Translations under genes and position numbers: made by a program | Assembly: GCF_006345805.1 (NCBI RefSeq) | Contig: NC_043005.1 | Location: 38,564,001-38,628,000 of the forward strand | DNA: 64,000 bases | Source: Octopus sinensis | Lineage: Eukaryota | Direction: 5' to 3' | Notes under the pieces: generated by a model | The model's database searches: none | What the model was told of the DNA's origin: nothing | The model's input: only the letters and a program-made list of their open reading frames with translations | Shown: positions 63,401 through 64,000 of the stretch, in pieces | How the letters are laid out: every line of letters starts with the position of its first letter | Position numbering within the stretch: the stretch's first letter is position 1

Positions 63401-64000
63401 GCTGTCTTTATATATAAATCATGTTGAACCATTAATCCCTACACATTTTTTTATCTTTCCATTTTTTTTTCCCATTCTCTCTCCGTTCATTTTTCCTTCT
63501 AATCTGTCGAAGAGCGTAAGGTCAAAACGTCAAAGACTTCCATTCTTCCCAAACGTTAAACTAATACACCTGCTTGTTGTTCCTTCTCCTATCCTCGTTT
63601 ATTTTCTTATGTAAATTCGAATTATATACTTACATATGTGTGTGTATGTATGTGTGTATGTATGTGTGTATGTATGTGTGTGTATGTGTGTATATGTGTG
63701 TATGTGTGTGTGTGTGTGTGTGTGTATGTGTGTGTGTGTGTGTGTGTGTATAAGTATATATTTATATACATATAACGAGCTTCCTTTGTTCATACTAATT
63801 GAAAGATTTCCATCGACTGCTTCGTATTTTTAAATGTTTTAACTGAGGAAGATCTTACGTAATGAATGCATTTCTTACTGCATATTACGCATGTCTGAAA
63901 CGTGCGGTACTACGATTTTGTTAAAGGTTGTGCTGCTTAATGTTGTCGCTAATACACAAGCACAAATTTTGGCTTTCCAAGCATTAGCGGAAACATATGT

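Overview
AT-rich eukaryotic, non-genic DNA saturated with microsatellites ((TA)n, (TATG)n, (TAGA)n, (ATT)n, (CA)n) and transposable elements. The mix of tRNA-derived SINEs, mariner, RTE, CR1-group, Tx1, R4/Dong-like and Penelope-like elements (PLEs) suggests a cephalopod (Octopus-like) genome; this is inference. I found no convincing host protein-coding gene, and almost all ORFs in the supplied track are microsatellite translations. Main points: (1) An uninterrupted 343-codon Helitron Rep/helicase N-terminal ORF lies on the minus strand (1030 to off the left edge) and is missing from the ORF track. Several non-autonomous Helitrons are also present, and one shares its 5' end. (2) Two unrelated ~360-nt non-coding units with terminal redundancy each carry a minimal type I hammerhead ribozyme (retrozyme/PLE-like). 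The one at 45180-45221 looks intact and has the compensatory U3-A8 core. Many decayed hammerhead-like motifs sit in fold-back repeats. (3) An ORF1-only Tx1/L1-type element with a 15-bp TSD is inserted in a SINE head. (4) Different non-LTR lineages sit in different microsatellites. (5) Three 130-240 bp locally templated insertions and several perfect palindromes are present. All calls were made by eye and by manual translation; family names need database confirmation.
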